A stretch of 64,000 nucleotides of DNA from the human T2T-CHM13v2.0 reference genome, Homo sapiens, in NCBI RefSeq assembly GCF_009914755.1, contig NC_060926.1, one strand, 5' to 3'. Position numbers and translations under genes: made by a program. The notes under the pieces are model-generated. The model did no database searches. It was given only the letters and a program-made list of their open reading frames with translations, and was not told the origin of the DNA. Positions within the stretch are counted from its first letter, which is position 1. Every line of letters starts with the position of its first letter. Below, in pieces: positions 28,399-42,100 of the stretch.

Positions 28399-28919
28399 GG
28401 CCTCCACTTCCCAATCTGCAAAATTCCAAGTGAGACTAAACTAAGTAATCTGAACCCAGAGTCCATGGACTGCTGAAGGATTCCTCAATGGGCTTTATGG
28501 AAAATGCACTCTGTGAACTTTCTTGCAGACATTCCATTGTTTGAGGATATATGTGCATTTTCCTGGAAACAACTTCTATGAAACTTTAAAATCATCCAAA
28601 AATGTCCAAATGTTAAGAATGACTTTTAGAGATTATGTCAAAGGTTGCAAGCAGCCCTAAAATTCTGTAAATCAATGCAAAATGCTAACACCATCTAGTT
28701 TAAAGTTAGCTTTATCACGGGTCATAGGAATTGAAAGGAAACTTGCTGACATCTGGCTCATTCATTTAAAATTAGAAAACTCTTTGGCCCAGATGAAATC
28801 TTACACACCCCTAATACACACTGGAGCATGGGAGTAAAGCCTGCCTTTCAGCCACTAGTTTACCCCCTACAGTAGCCACACAGCACCCCAGGAGCACACA
28901 GGGAACTCAGTTTGGAATC

Positions 28920-29560
28920 TCTGATCTAGCTTCATCTTCCTAAACAAACGAGTTTCTTCTACCACATCTCCTCTAGCTGCTGCTCAAGCCTCCAATAGAA
29001 AGAAACTCCTTGCCTTAGAGACCTGACTGCTGGAAAGTTCTCATTTACACTGAGGTACTGTCCTCATGATAGTGAGTTCTCATGAGATCTGTTTAAAACA
29101 TATGTAGCACCTCCCCTCTCTTTTCCTCCTGCTCCAGTCATGTGACATGTCTGTTCCCCCTTCCCCTTCCGCCATGATTATAAGTTTCCTGAGGCTTCCT
29201 CAGATCAACATCGTACTTCCTGTACAGCCTATGAAACTGTGAGCCAATTCAACTTCTTTTCATTATATATACGCTGAAAGGCAATCTGTTTTTCTGATGC
29301 CTCCAGCAATTGTCCCTGGTTCTGTCTTCTAAAGAGAGCCACACAGCAGAATCGTAAACTCTCCTCTGCCTGACAACTCACCAGGCTTGGTGTGGCTCTC
29401 ACTTCTACCTAAATCTCTTCTTCTCCATCTCCAACAACACAATGCCTCCCACTACCTCCCAGAAATGGGGACCCTTTTAGTCTCTTCCCTGAGAACTTGC
29501 TCTGCTTTGCCAGGGCTGCTCCCGATGTATGGTGCCCAGAATTCAACACAATACTCTGGG
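28920..29560 (-). mobile_element. L3/CR1 fragment (host of the MSTA-derived insert)
   Basis: ctgactgctggaaagttctc...aatctg and ggtgcccagaattcaacacaatactc resemble antisense L3. Confidence 0.5.
29054..29267 (+). repeat. Internal MSTA LTR segment duplicated from 31135-31365
   Basis: First 45 nt identical to the donor, roughly 90% overall by eye; lacks both LTR termini. Confidence 0.85.
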
Positions 29561-30229
29561 AAAGCTGGAAGAATCCAGGAAAGACCAGAATCTTCACCTC
29601 TTTCATACACATATCTCCATTCTACAACTCACCACATTGCAATAAATACCTGCCTGTAGGCTGCCTCCCTCACTGTATTGCAAGCTCCTCAAGAGATGGT
29701 AAATCCTCTTTTTATCTTACTGTCTAGGGCCCCTAGCCCAGTCCTTCTAAATATAAAAGCCTACTACGTGCCAGACATATCTAAAACCACTTGATAACTC
29801 ATTTGTGAACAAAACTGACAAAATATTTGCTGTCCTGTAATTTACATTCTAAAAGGATGAGGGCAGGATAGGGAGGGGAGTATTTGTTATGTAGTAAGTG
29901 TCTGACAAAACTTCCATTCATGAATGAGGCCAATGGTCAAGTGAAAAGTAAGGGAAGGCTCATAACCACCCACTTAGTAGGTGACTACACTCTTTCCATA
30001 ACAGTCCAGGCATCTGTGGAAATTCCAGATGATCTATGTTTATATGACTATCTCTGTAGGCTTTTGGAGAAAGACAAGCCTCTTTTCCACCCAGAGCAAT
30101 GCTGGGAGGGTGTATGTGTAGCTCATTTGGACAGAGCCTCTACATGTGGGCCTCTGAAAGCTTCAAAAAGCATTTGCTCCTACTCCAAGAAAGAACAGGG
30201 AGCTCTTTTCAGAAATTGCTGACCTCATC

Positions 30230-30575
30230 TAAGTGGAAAGGAATCCTGGAAGCTTCAAACGCATCCGTTCTGGCCTCCAGCCCTGGACTTTCTTGCAGAT
30301 GCACTTTTCAGGAAGGAGGAAGGCAGAGCAGATGGATGGTCTGCTGACGGGCTCAAAATACTTCCCGGAGCACTGAAAACAGGGTGACTGCTGTTCAGGC
30401 TGCTGCTGTGTGTCACCCGCTCCCACAGAGGACTACACTCAATTAGGAGATTGTTAAACCCAATTGTCATAGCGACAAATTATCTGATTGTTGAGATTTT
30501 CTGCTGATTTTGTCTTAGGAATTGGTCTCCTATTTTCAGCCACAGATTGTTATCAGACTGCGGATTTAGCATCTT
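30230..30575. promoter_or_regulatory. Candidate enhancer
   Basis: Repeat-free; several retained CpGs; RFX X-box-like GTCGCTATGACAAT (minus strand, 30463-30476); ATTGTT (SOX-type) three times; CAATTA. Confidence 0.3.
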
Positions 30576-30999
30576 CATTTCCTTCCACATCCTTGATTAT
30601 TCTGGTCTCTGCTTTCTTGACTGACTTCAATATGCAAACATAATACCCACAGAGAAAGAGGGGGAGGCTCTCTACTGGTTGGAGGATGAGTTACAATGTT
30701 CATTGCTTCTTTTCTCCAATGGGTAGGTTTGCTTTTTCTCAGACTAGTTGGGAACATATCCAGCAGCTTCTCAGGTATTCCCAACTGCAAACCGTTGAGT
30801 ACCAAATTGAGACACGATGGTTCTAGAAATTCTCTTCCAAACCCCTTATTTTACAATATAGAAACTGAGGTCTAGAAAGAAGGGTGATTTTCCAAAAGTT
30901 TATCAGAGAGCTGAAGCTAAAGCCAAAATAACTATTCTACCTCGTTCAGGATAATTTTGTATTGGTATTCAAGAGCTGCCAGTTATCTAGAAGGCACCC

Positions 31000-31418
31000 T
31001 GATATGGTTTGGGTCTGTGTCCCCACCAAATCTCGTGTCAAATAGTAATTCCCAATGTTAGAGGTAGGGCCTGGTGGAAAGTGATTGGATCATGGGAGTG
31101 GATTTCTCATGAGTAGTTTAGTGCCACCCCTCTTGGTACTGTCCTCATGATAGTGAGTTCTCATGAGATCTGTTTAAAAATTATGTAGCACCTCACCCCT
31201 CACTCTTTTCTTCCTGCTCCAGCCATGTGACATGTCTTTTCCCCCTTCCCCTTCCACTGTGATTGTAAGTTTCCTGAGGCTTCCTCAGAAGCTAAGCAGA
31301 TGTCAACATCATACTTCCTGTACAGCCTGTGGAACCATGAGCCAATTCAACTTCTTTTCATTATAAATTACCCAATTGCAGGTATTCCTTTATAGAAATG
31401 AGAGAATGGACTAATACA
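31000..31418 (+). mobile_element. MSTA solo LTR
   Basis: tgatatggtttgggtctgtgtccccacc...agaagctaagcagatg...gaatggactaataca. Confidence 0.9.
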
Positions 31419-32792
31419 GACTCTAACTCCCACTCCCTGTGGGGAAAGGTGGAGTGTCACAGCTAAAGCCTAAACCCCCTATTGACACAAGGAGAAGCCA
31501 AGGACCACAGAAAGGAAGATATTACACAGTCTAGTCAGGCCTGGCCCAAGCACATAGTAGAGGCTCAACTCATCACAGCTGAGTCTCAATCTGTAGAGAA
31601 AAATGACTTTCACCTATGCTTAAAGTATTGTTAGAAGTGTAGTCCTTTTCTTTGGACTCCAAGCCCCATAATAAAAGGCAAGACCTGGTTTCTACTATTG
31701 CAAAAGGAGAGCCAGGGACCTCTCTGCAGATCTGCCTTCTTCTCTGAATATACCTCCCTCAGCAAAGGGAACGCAAAGGTGGGTCTCCTTATGGTTTTAT
31801 TATGGCTAATGAACAGCATGTTCTCTCTTTCCTCATTCTCAGCATGAGGCTATTAGCATATTCCCCAGGCTTTTGCCCTCCAAATTTGGAAGCACATGCA
31901 TAAATTATCAAATGAGCCGTTCTAATGCAAAGCTTCTAGTCATGTTCCTAATCAGGGACTCTCAATGACTCACCAAAACCTTCAGAATGAAAGGCCACCG
32001 GATACACTTGTAGCAAGCTTTACTACATCTGCATCAAAGAACCACTTTATCCCCTTAATTCCATGCATGAGCAGAACTAAAAGAGCCACTAATAATTTTA
32101 TCTTACCAATTTCATGTATATTTTCATGTTACAGCCTAACTTTAACCCAGAGGCTGGAAACATTCTTCTTTACTGACAAATAAAAAAGCGTATCTGCTGT
32201 AAAATTGCCTTCTGACTGTAATTCCTAAAAGCTACCTAATTGCATTGCAGTGTCAACCTAGAAAATTCATACAATCACAGAATATAATATTTGGAAGAAA
32301 ACATTCAGGGTAATTTACATTATTAATGCATCACCTTCCAGTAATTAGCACAGTTCTTTGTACATAAATATTCAAGACCACTTTATTATTAATTAATAAC
32401 CCTTACCCTTGTTTTACATCTGTGAAAACTGAGTCTCAGATATAAGTAGTGATTTGCCTGAGCTCACAAATGTTGGAGTCAGAATTGAAACCTAGGTGTT
32501 CAGATTCTTAGGAACTTTGTTTCTTTTATTATGTCTCTGATAGAATCGCTTCTATTTTTATTAATTTTTTAAACTTCATGACTATAACCTCAAAGTAAAT
32601 TATTTTCCAATAGGATTTGAGAAAGCCCCATGATTCCTTTTTTGCAAGCACAGCAAACAAGGAGTAGGCACCATCTCACCAAGTCCCAAAGAAGGAACCA
32701 CATTGGTCCACAAAGTTCCCCCTGCTTCTCCAGGAAGCTATGAGGATGATTGCTCCATTCGTTCAACCAAATAAAAAAAACTACTAATCCCT

Positions 32793-33106
<314 letters not shown>

Positions 33107-34499
33107 AAAAACTGCTAATCCCTGCTATGAATCCTGCACAGTGTAAAGTGCTTCACTTCAAGTATCTCATTTATTTTTCACCCCAACCCTACAAGGTCGG
33201 TACTCTTCTCCAACACGTCCTTGACACAACTGGTAAGAAGCATACACAGGATCACACAGCCCATCATTGATACAGCTGTGACTTGAACCTTGGTGACTTT
33301 CAGTGATATGAGTTCACTTTCCATGAAGGTATTAAAAGAACAGTGAGATTTCTGGTTCCAAAATGGTGGCATACAAGCAAGCTGACATCACTAGCCCTTA
33401 CAGAAAATCAAAAAATGAACATATGGCACAAGATTATCACCAGCAATCTTTCAAAACTCAAATATGAAGACGAGACAGTCCTCAGGGACACAGAAAGTGA
33501 AAAGTGAAAGAAAAAAAAAAAACTCTGAACAGATGGTAAGAGAATCAGGCTTCCACATTCACAATGTCCCTCCCCCCATTCTGCCCAGCACCAAGTGAGC
33601 AGAAAATTTTTACCCAATTCACAGTTTCTATACCGGAAATGGTGATTGCCCACCTGAATCTCACTTTCCCCACTATCTTGGGTGTCCTGGCAGGACACTT
33701 GCCTCTGCCGTAATGCAGGAGAAGCATCATGAGTGCCTGAAGGGAAAAATGTCCCTGTGACAGGCAAAGACAAAGTGAAGAGGGAGGGCGACCATCCCCA
33801 TCCCTGGAAACTCTACTGTGTAACTCAGCCAAAGGAGATGCCAAATCAGAGTGGCTGTTCAGCAGCACCAAGCTGCCGGAGGTTTATTCACAGGATCCCT
33901 GGGCAGGAACCCCTAGCCAAGTTTCCAGCAGTGCAAGAATATCCCCTTTGGGACTTCCCCCATTCAGGAAGGGCAGCACTCCAATCCTTTACTGAAGCTG
34001 AGCCGAACCCGGACTTATGGTGCCACCTAGAGCCAAACAGGAGGCAGCAACCTAGCAGTAAAGAACCACTAAGCAAATATATCCAGGAAAAAACAAAACA
34101 AGCCATGTAGAGAGGGCTGGAATAAATAACTAATACTTCAGTGCACAGACACAGACCTACATCACAGAACACAACAGCAAACAAAGAATCATGATCTCCC
34201 AAAGAAACAAAGCAAGGAAACAGTGACTCATACTAACAAGATGGCAATATATGAGCTCTCTGATCAAGAATTCAAAACTTTAGTTTTAAAGAAAATCAGT
34301 GATTTCCAAGACAACACAAAGCCAACTCAGGAATTTATCATAAAAATTTAATGAGATTAAAATAATTTTTAAAAACCAAACAAAAATATAGGAACTGAGA
34401 AATGTACATGTTGAACTAAAAAATTAATTAGAGGCTCTTGACTACAGAATGGATCAAGCAAAAAAAAAGAATCAGTTAGCTTGAAGACAGGCTACTTCA

Positions 34500-34862
<363 letters not shown>

Positions 34863-36281
34863 TCAAAAGACCAAATCTAAGAATTACTGGTGTTGAAGAG
34901 AGGGTATCAAGCAAGAGCAAAGAGTAAAAAGTTTATCAAGGGGATAATAACAGAAAACTTTCAAAACCTTGAGAAAGAGATAAATATCCAGGGACAGGAA
35001 GATCTGAGAATACCAAACAGTTTCAACCCAAACAAGACTACTGTAAGGCATATAAAAATCAAATTTTCAAAGACCAAGTACAAAGAGATGATCCTAAAAG
35101 CGGCAAGGGAAAAGAGGCAAAAACATATAAAAGACCTCCAATTTAGACTTCTCAAAGGAAACCATACAGGCCAGGAGTGGGATGGCTACAAATCAAAGAC
35201 TGTAAAAAGAGAAAAAGAAGGTCACTATATAATGATAAAAGGGTCAATTCAGAAAGAAGATATGACAATTATGAATATCTATATACCCAACACCAGAATT
35301 CCCAAGTATATAAAGCAAATACTAATAAAATCTAAAGGGAAAAGTATACTGCAAAACAGTAAGAGCAAAGGACTTCAACACCCCACTCTCAGTAATGGAC
35401 ACATCATCCAGACAGAAACAAAGAAGCATGAGAGTTAAACTATACTAGACCTAATAGACCTAACTGGCATTTACAGAACATTTACCCAACTATTGTAGAA
35501 TAAACCTTTTCATCAGTGCATGAAATGTCCTCTAGAACAGGTGATATCTTAGTCCACAAAACAAGTCGGAACAAATTCAATAAAGTAAAAATCATATCAA
35601 GTATTTTTTCTGACTAAAGTGGAAAAAAATCAATAACAAGAGAAACCTCAGAAACTTCACATACACATGGAAGTTAAATATGTTCCAGACCTACCAATGA
35701 GTCAATTACAAATTAGAAGAAAATTTTAAAGTTTCTTGAAACAAATAAAAATGAAAATATACCAAATCTATGAAATACAACAAAAGAAGTTCTAATAGGA
35801 AGTTTATAGCAATAAATGCCTATATCAGAAAAGTAGAAAGATTTCAAATCAACAGCCTAACAGTACACCTCAAGGTACCAGAAAAGCAAAAACAAAACAA
35901 ACCCAAAATTAGTAGACGGAAACAAATACAAAGATCGGAGCAGAAATTAATGAAATTGAGACTAAAAAACAATACAGTAGATCAACAAAACAAAAAGTTG
36001 ATTTTCTTAAAAAGATAAACAAAATTGACAAAGCTTAAACTACACTAGCCAAGAAAAAAGAGAGAAGACCCAAATACATAAAATTAAAAATGAAAAAGGA
36101 AAAATAACATTTGAGAACAAAGAAATACAAGGAATCATCAGAGGCTATCAGGAGTAACCATATGCCAAAAAATGGAAAATCTAAAAGAAACAAATAAATT
36201 ACTGGAAATATACAACCTACCAAGATTGAACCATGAAGAAATTTTTTAAAAACAGACATTAAACCAATAACAAGTAAAGAG

Positions 36282-37153
36282 ATCAGTTGTAACAGGTTTT
36301 TTGGTAGAGTCTTTAGGTTTTTCTAAGTATAAGAGCATGTCACCTGTAAACATGGCTGGTTTGAATTCTTCCTTTTTAATTTGGATGCCCTTTATTTCTC
36401 TTGCCTAATTGCTCTGGCTAGGGCTTCCAGTACTATGTTGAACACAAGTTGTAGAAGTTGACATCCTTCTCTTATTCCCATTTTTAGAGAAATAAACTTC
36501 AATATTTCCCTGTTCAGGGTTTGTCAGATATGGCCTTTACTATTTTGAGGTATGTTCTTTTATAACCAGTTTCATGAGGTTTTTTTTTAATCATAAAGGG
36601 ATGTTTAATTTTATTAAATGCTTTTTTCATGTCTATTGAGAAGATCATATGGTTTTTGTTCTTGGTTCTGTTAATGTGATGTATCATTATTATTGATTTG
36701 CATATGTTGAACCATTCTTGCATCCCTGGGATGAGTCCAGTTTGATCATGGTGAGTGATCTTTTCAATGTATTGTTGAATTTGGTTTGCTAGTCAAATTT
36801 GGTTTGATGGAATATATGGTTTGATGGACAAAGTAAGACCTAGTGTTTGATAGATCAATAGGATAACTATAGTCTACATTTTTGCATCTATGATCATCAG
36901 ATGATGAGTATCAGGTGTGATATTGACCTGTGGTTTTCTTTTTTGTTATGTTCTTGTCTGGTTTTAATATCACTAATGCTGGTATCTCACCACATGTTTG
37001 GAAGTATTACCTTCTTTTCCATCTTTTTGTGGAGTTTGAGTAGAATTTATTTTAGTTATTCCTTAAATGTTTGGTAGAAGTTAGCAGTGAACCTATCAGG
37101 TCCTGGGCATATTTTTAATAAAAGACATTTTGTTATGGCTTGATCTCTTTACT
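36282..37153 (-). other. Inverted internal segment of the L1 (ORF2 RT region)
   Basis: Antisense L1 ORF2 (ORF 36514-36723, [31 protein letters not shown]) between sense L1 on both sides. Confidence 0.92.
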
Positions 37154-38791
37154 GATAAATCCAGTAAAGTTGCAAGATACAAAATCAACATACAAAAATC
37201 AGTAGCATTTATTTATGCCAACAGTGTAAAATGTGAAAAATTAATCAAGAAACCAATCCCATTTACAATAGCTACAAATAATATAAAATACCTAGGAATC
37301 AATTTAACCAAAGAAGTAAAAGATCTATACAAGGAAAACCATGAAGCAATGATGAAGAGGATATTAAAAAAATTGAAAAGATATTCTATGCTTATGGACT
37401 GAAAGAACTAATATTGTTAGGATGACAATACTACCTAAAACAATTTATAGATTCAATGCAATCCTCGTCAAAATACCAATGACATTATTCACAGAAATAG
37501 AAAAAAAAAATCTTAAAATGTATACAGAACCACAAGACTCGGAATAGCCCAGCAATCCTTGGCAAAAAGAACAAAGGTGGAGGCATCACATCTTTACTGC
37601 AAAGTGGCTTCAAAATTTACTACAAAGCTAGTAACCAAATTACCATAGCACTGGCATAAAAACAGATACATAGATCAATGGAACAGAATAAAGCACCCAA
37701 ATATAAATCCACACACTTACAGATTTATCTTCAACAAAAGCACCAGAAACATACAATGGTAAAAGAACAGGCTTTTCAACAAATGATACCAAGAAAACTG
37801 AATAACCATTTCAGAAGAATGAAACTAGACCCCTATAACTTGCCACACACAAAAATCAAATCAAATTGGATTACAGACTTAAACTAAGACTTGAAACTAC
37901 GAAACTTCTAGAAACAACAATAGGGAAAACACTCCAGGACACTGGTTTTGGCAAATAATTTTTGTGTAAGATCTCAAAAGCACAGGTAACCAGAGCAAAA
38001 GTAGACAAATTTGATTTAATCAAGCTAAAAAGCTTCTGCACAGCAAAGCAAACAATCAAAGTGAAAAGACAATTCACATAATGGGAGAAAAATTTGCAGA
38101 CTGCCCACGTGATAAGTGATTGATAACCAGAATATATAACAAGCTCAAAAAACTCAATAGCAAAAAACAAATAACATAATTTTAAAATGGGCAAAAGATC
38201 TCAATAGATATTTCTCAAAAGAAGACATACATATGGCCAACAGGTATGTGAAGCAATGCTCAACATCACCAATCATCAGAGAAATGAAAATCAAAACTAC
38301 AGTATATTGAATAGATATCTGCCCTACCATGTTTATTGCAGCACTATTCAAAATAGTCAAAATATGGAATCAACCTAAGTGTCCATGAATGAATGAACGG
38401 ATAAAGAAAATGTGATATATATGCATACATATATGTGTGTATAGATATAGATATAGATATATAATGGAATGTTATTCATACATAAAATAGGGTGAAATCC
38501 TGTCATTTGCAGCCACATGGATGGAACTGGAGGTCATTTTGTTAAGAGAAATAAGCCAAGTACAGAAAGGCAAATACCACATGTTCTCACTCATATGTAA
38601 AGCTTAAAAAGTGGACCTCATGAAGATAGAAAGTAGATTGGTGGCTACCAGAGTCTTGGAAGGGTAGGCAGGAGGTGAAAAGGAAGAGAAGTTGATTAAT
38701 TGGTAAGAACATATGGTTTGATGGAAGAAGTAAGACCTAGTGTTTGATAGATCAATGGAGTAACTATAGTCTACAGTAATCTATTGTACAT

Positions 38792-39147
38792 ACTTTTGCA
38801 TTAGTTATTGGGGTACAGGTGGTATCTAGTTACATGAGTAAGTTCTTTAGTGGTGATTTGTGAGATCCTGGTGCACCTATCACCCAAGCAGTATACACTG
38901 CACCATATATGTTGTCTTTTATCTCTCACCTCCCTTCCACTCTTCCCCCTGAGTCCCCAAAGTCCATTGTATTATTTTTATGCCTTTGCATCCTCATAGC
39001 TTAGCTCCCACATATCAGTGAGAACACACAATGTTTGGTTTTTCCATTCCTGAGTTACTTCACTTAGAATAATAGTCTCCAATCTCATCCAGGTCATTGC
39101 AAGTGCTGTTAATTCATTCCTTTTTGTGGCTGAGTAGTATTCCATCA
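38792..39147 (-). mobile_element. L1PB1-like 3' fragment inserted in the L1MA 3' UTR
   Basis: ggggtacaggtggtatctagttacatgagtaagttctttagtggtgatttg...; TSD TATTGTACAT (38782-38791 / 39148-39157). Confidence 0.85.
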
Positions 39148-42100
39148 TATTGTACATTTCAAAATAGCTAGTAGATTATAATTTGAATGTTTCTAACATA
39201 AAAAACACAAATATTTAAGGTGATGGATATCTCAAGTATACTAATTTATCCTCACAAATTTTATGAATGTATTATCACATGTACCCCAAAACTATGTACA
39301 CCTATTATGCATCGATATAAAGAATGTTTTAAAAAACAAGACTGAAATTGTGCACTGTATGGGAGAACTCTTACTCCAGTAGGGATGATGGCAGGTAACA
39401 GGTGAGGACAATACAGCATGATAGGCCCCAAGATGATGGTAAGTAGAAGCAGGTGCTATTTGCAAAACAGCCAGGGTGCACCAAGCTGAGGCTGGGTGGT
39501 GGACAGTGAGAGGCAAAGGATCACAGAAGACCTTCCTAGAGAAAAAACATTTGATAAAAAAAGAAAGTATTGCTTCTTAATTACTATCCTGGTAAATAAC
39601 CAAACATATTTCTGAAATACAGTGCCTTTCAGTTGTCATTAATTTTATTAAGCATGGAGAATTTTAGAAGCTTTGTCCCTGTAGTTCTTGAAGAAACAGC
39701 TCCCCCTCCATCCTCCTCCATAAAGTCCCTGAGGGCTTGGGGAAAGGACATTTGTCTTTTATTAGTGTTCTCTGTAGCCAAAAGTACTCACCCTCAACCT
39801 ACTCTCCATATGAGCTGAAAAAGAACACAGCATCTACCCTCCACAGAGTCAATATCTTGATTTCAATTCTATTTCAGACTTAGATTTATACCACTTTGCC
39901 TCCATCAGCGAATGTGAGTTTCACCCTCCAGTTTGCCTAGTACACAGAAGAAAGGATGGGAAATAGGTTGAAAAATATTTTCTATTTAACTGAAGCATAG
40001 GGTGGAGCTATCCAAATGAGGAAGAGAGTGATCCAGAAACGGAACAAATCATACCACATGCTCGACCCCCCTCCCATCTTAAAGCTAGAGCTCCAGTCTT
40101 GGTATGACCAAAGTCCTGTTCTATCCCTACCCTTCCCATCAACACCAACCTCCATGGGCTTTGTCGCTGGAGCAGTGCGTCTGCTGGATGTCCCTTGGGA
40201 AGTCATGATAGATCAATTACCCACGTCTGGATTATACCTGGAGAGCCCACCTGAGTATGGCATTGGCACGAGGAGACAAGTGTTACTCACTCTGCGGATC
40301 ACATCAGCCAAGTACAAGACCTTTTAGCCAACCCAGCTCACTCACCTATGCATTTAAATTTTCCCCAAAGTTTGATGTTTCTGTTTCATACAAGAACTCC
40401 GCATTCCTCATTAGAAAGGAATAAAAGCTCCCTTTTATTGAATACTGCCTGTACTTTAGACACTATAGTTAGTGCTTGACATTGTTTATTGCATTTCACC
40501 TTCAAAGCCACCCTGTGAGGTAGTTCTTACTCATCCCAGGTTACAGAGGAAGTTAAGTAACTGGGTAATTGACATGGGAGCAGGCAGAAAGGTACATGTG
40601 TGTCAAATTCCTCTTAGGGCTGCTCTTGAGTCCGTATTGTCTGACCACAAAGCCTTTGCTCTTTTTCTACAACCCGGCTGTCTTCCTCCGATTTTCACAT
40701 ATTCTAGATGTCCATGGAATCCAGTTGGGTGGAAACTGTCTTCATTTCATTGGTGGGGGAGGTGAAAAGCTGATTAAATATTTTCACTCTCTGGTACTCT
40801 AGAATTCCAGATGGTAGAGCCACTTCCTTCTGCACTCCCTCTACCTCTCAGAAAGGACCCTGCCTCCCCCTGGCCATCCCCACTAAGCTCAGCTCAGGGG
40901 ATCCTCTGACTTCCTGCTTTGCTCCAGGAAGCTGGTGCCCCAGTAGCAGCAGCACCTTAGCAGAGCCACAGAATCCCTGCATGGAAAGTCCTATAAATGG
41001 CACTCTCACGCCCAGGTGCTTACAGAGTAGATAACATGAAGTCAGGAGAGAGGCTGTAGAAGAGCCCCAAAGGCTTCCATCTTCCTCCTGTCTTTTTTCT
41101 TTCTGGCAGCAGATATGAAGAGGACAAAGATTATTTTTCCCCTTTACTTCTCCTTCTGGCCCTTTGGAAATTTGCTCATGCAAAACACTTGTTTAACACC
41201 CACTCAGTTCCAGGCCCTGTGCAAAGCAAGAAGAACCCAGGGATAACTTGAGATGTGGTCAGAGAAAGAACAGAAAACAGAAGATCAGAGGCTAATGGAG
41301 TGAAAGCTGTAAGAAAGCTACCTGACATGCTCCTGACGCCCAGAGGAGGGCACGTTCATTCGGCCAGCCTGTTTGGGGCGTTTTTCATGTCACATTAGCC
41401 TCAATGATGCCAGTCATGCATGCTTTTAAGCAGAGAAATGACCTGATTAATTGTGGTTTTAGGATAATCTTCCCAGCAGGGAGTCTTTTCAAGGTCAGAA
41501 ACACCCAGCACCCAGCAGAGCGCCTGACAGGGTGTTCACTGATTCCAGTAATATTTGCAGAATTCCTGTTATATCCCAGGCTCTCTGGACACATAATGTG
41601 CAGCAATGAATCCCTGCTCTAAGAGAGTAAAACAGTCAAGTAAGCAGACTGCTAAGTGCATGATATGGTCACACGTAGGAGAAGCAACTCAGGGAGTCTG
41701 GAGCATGTCAGCCCTGGCTGCCCAGACATGATGTTTAAGGTAGAGGATGAAGGTAGATGGAGAGGTAGCAGTTCACCAGAAACATGGGGCAGAAGTTGGA
41801 GGGACTGAGCAGGGAAGGATGTTCTGGGTGGAGGAAATAGCACAAACAAATGCCTGAAGGCAAGAGGGAGTGCGACTCAGTCAGTGACTGGCCCTGGTTA
41901 GAGTGGCTGGAGCTGTGAGATGGAGCTGGAGGGCTGGACGGGCCACACTTCTTCTGCTAAACTGAAATGGCTGCAGTGAGGACAAAACTGGAGGGAAAGA
42001 CAGAGCACCATTTGGACTACAGCATGGTGAACTGTATCAGGGAGGATGATGAGAGTCAGGGCCAAGGCAGTAAGAGAGGGAGAAAAGGAATCAGAGGAGA

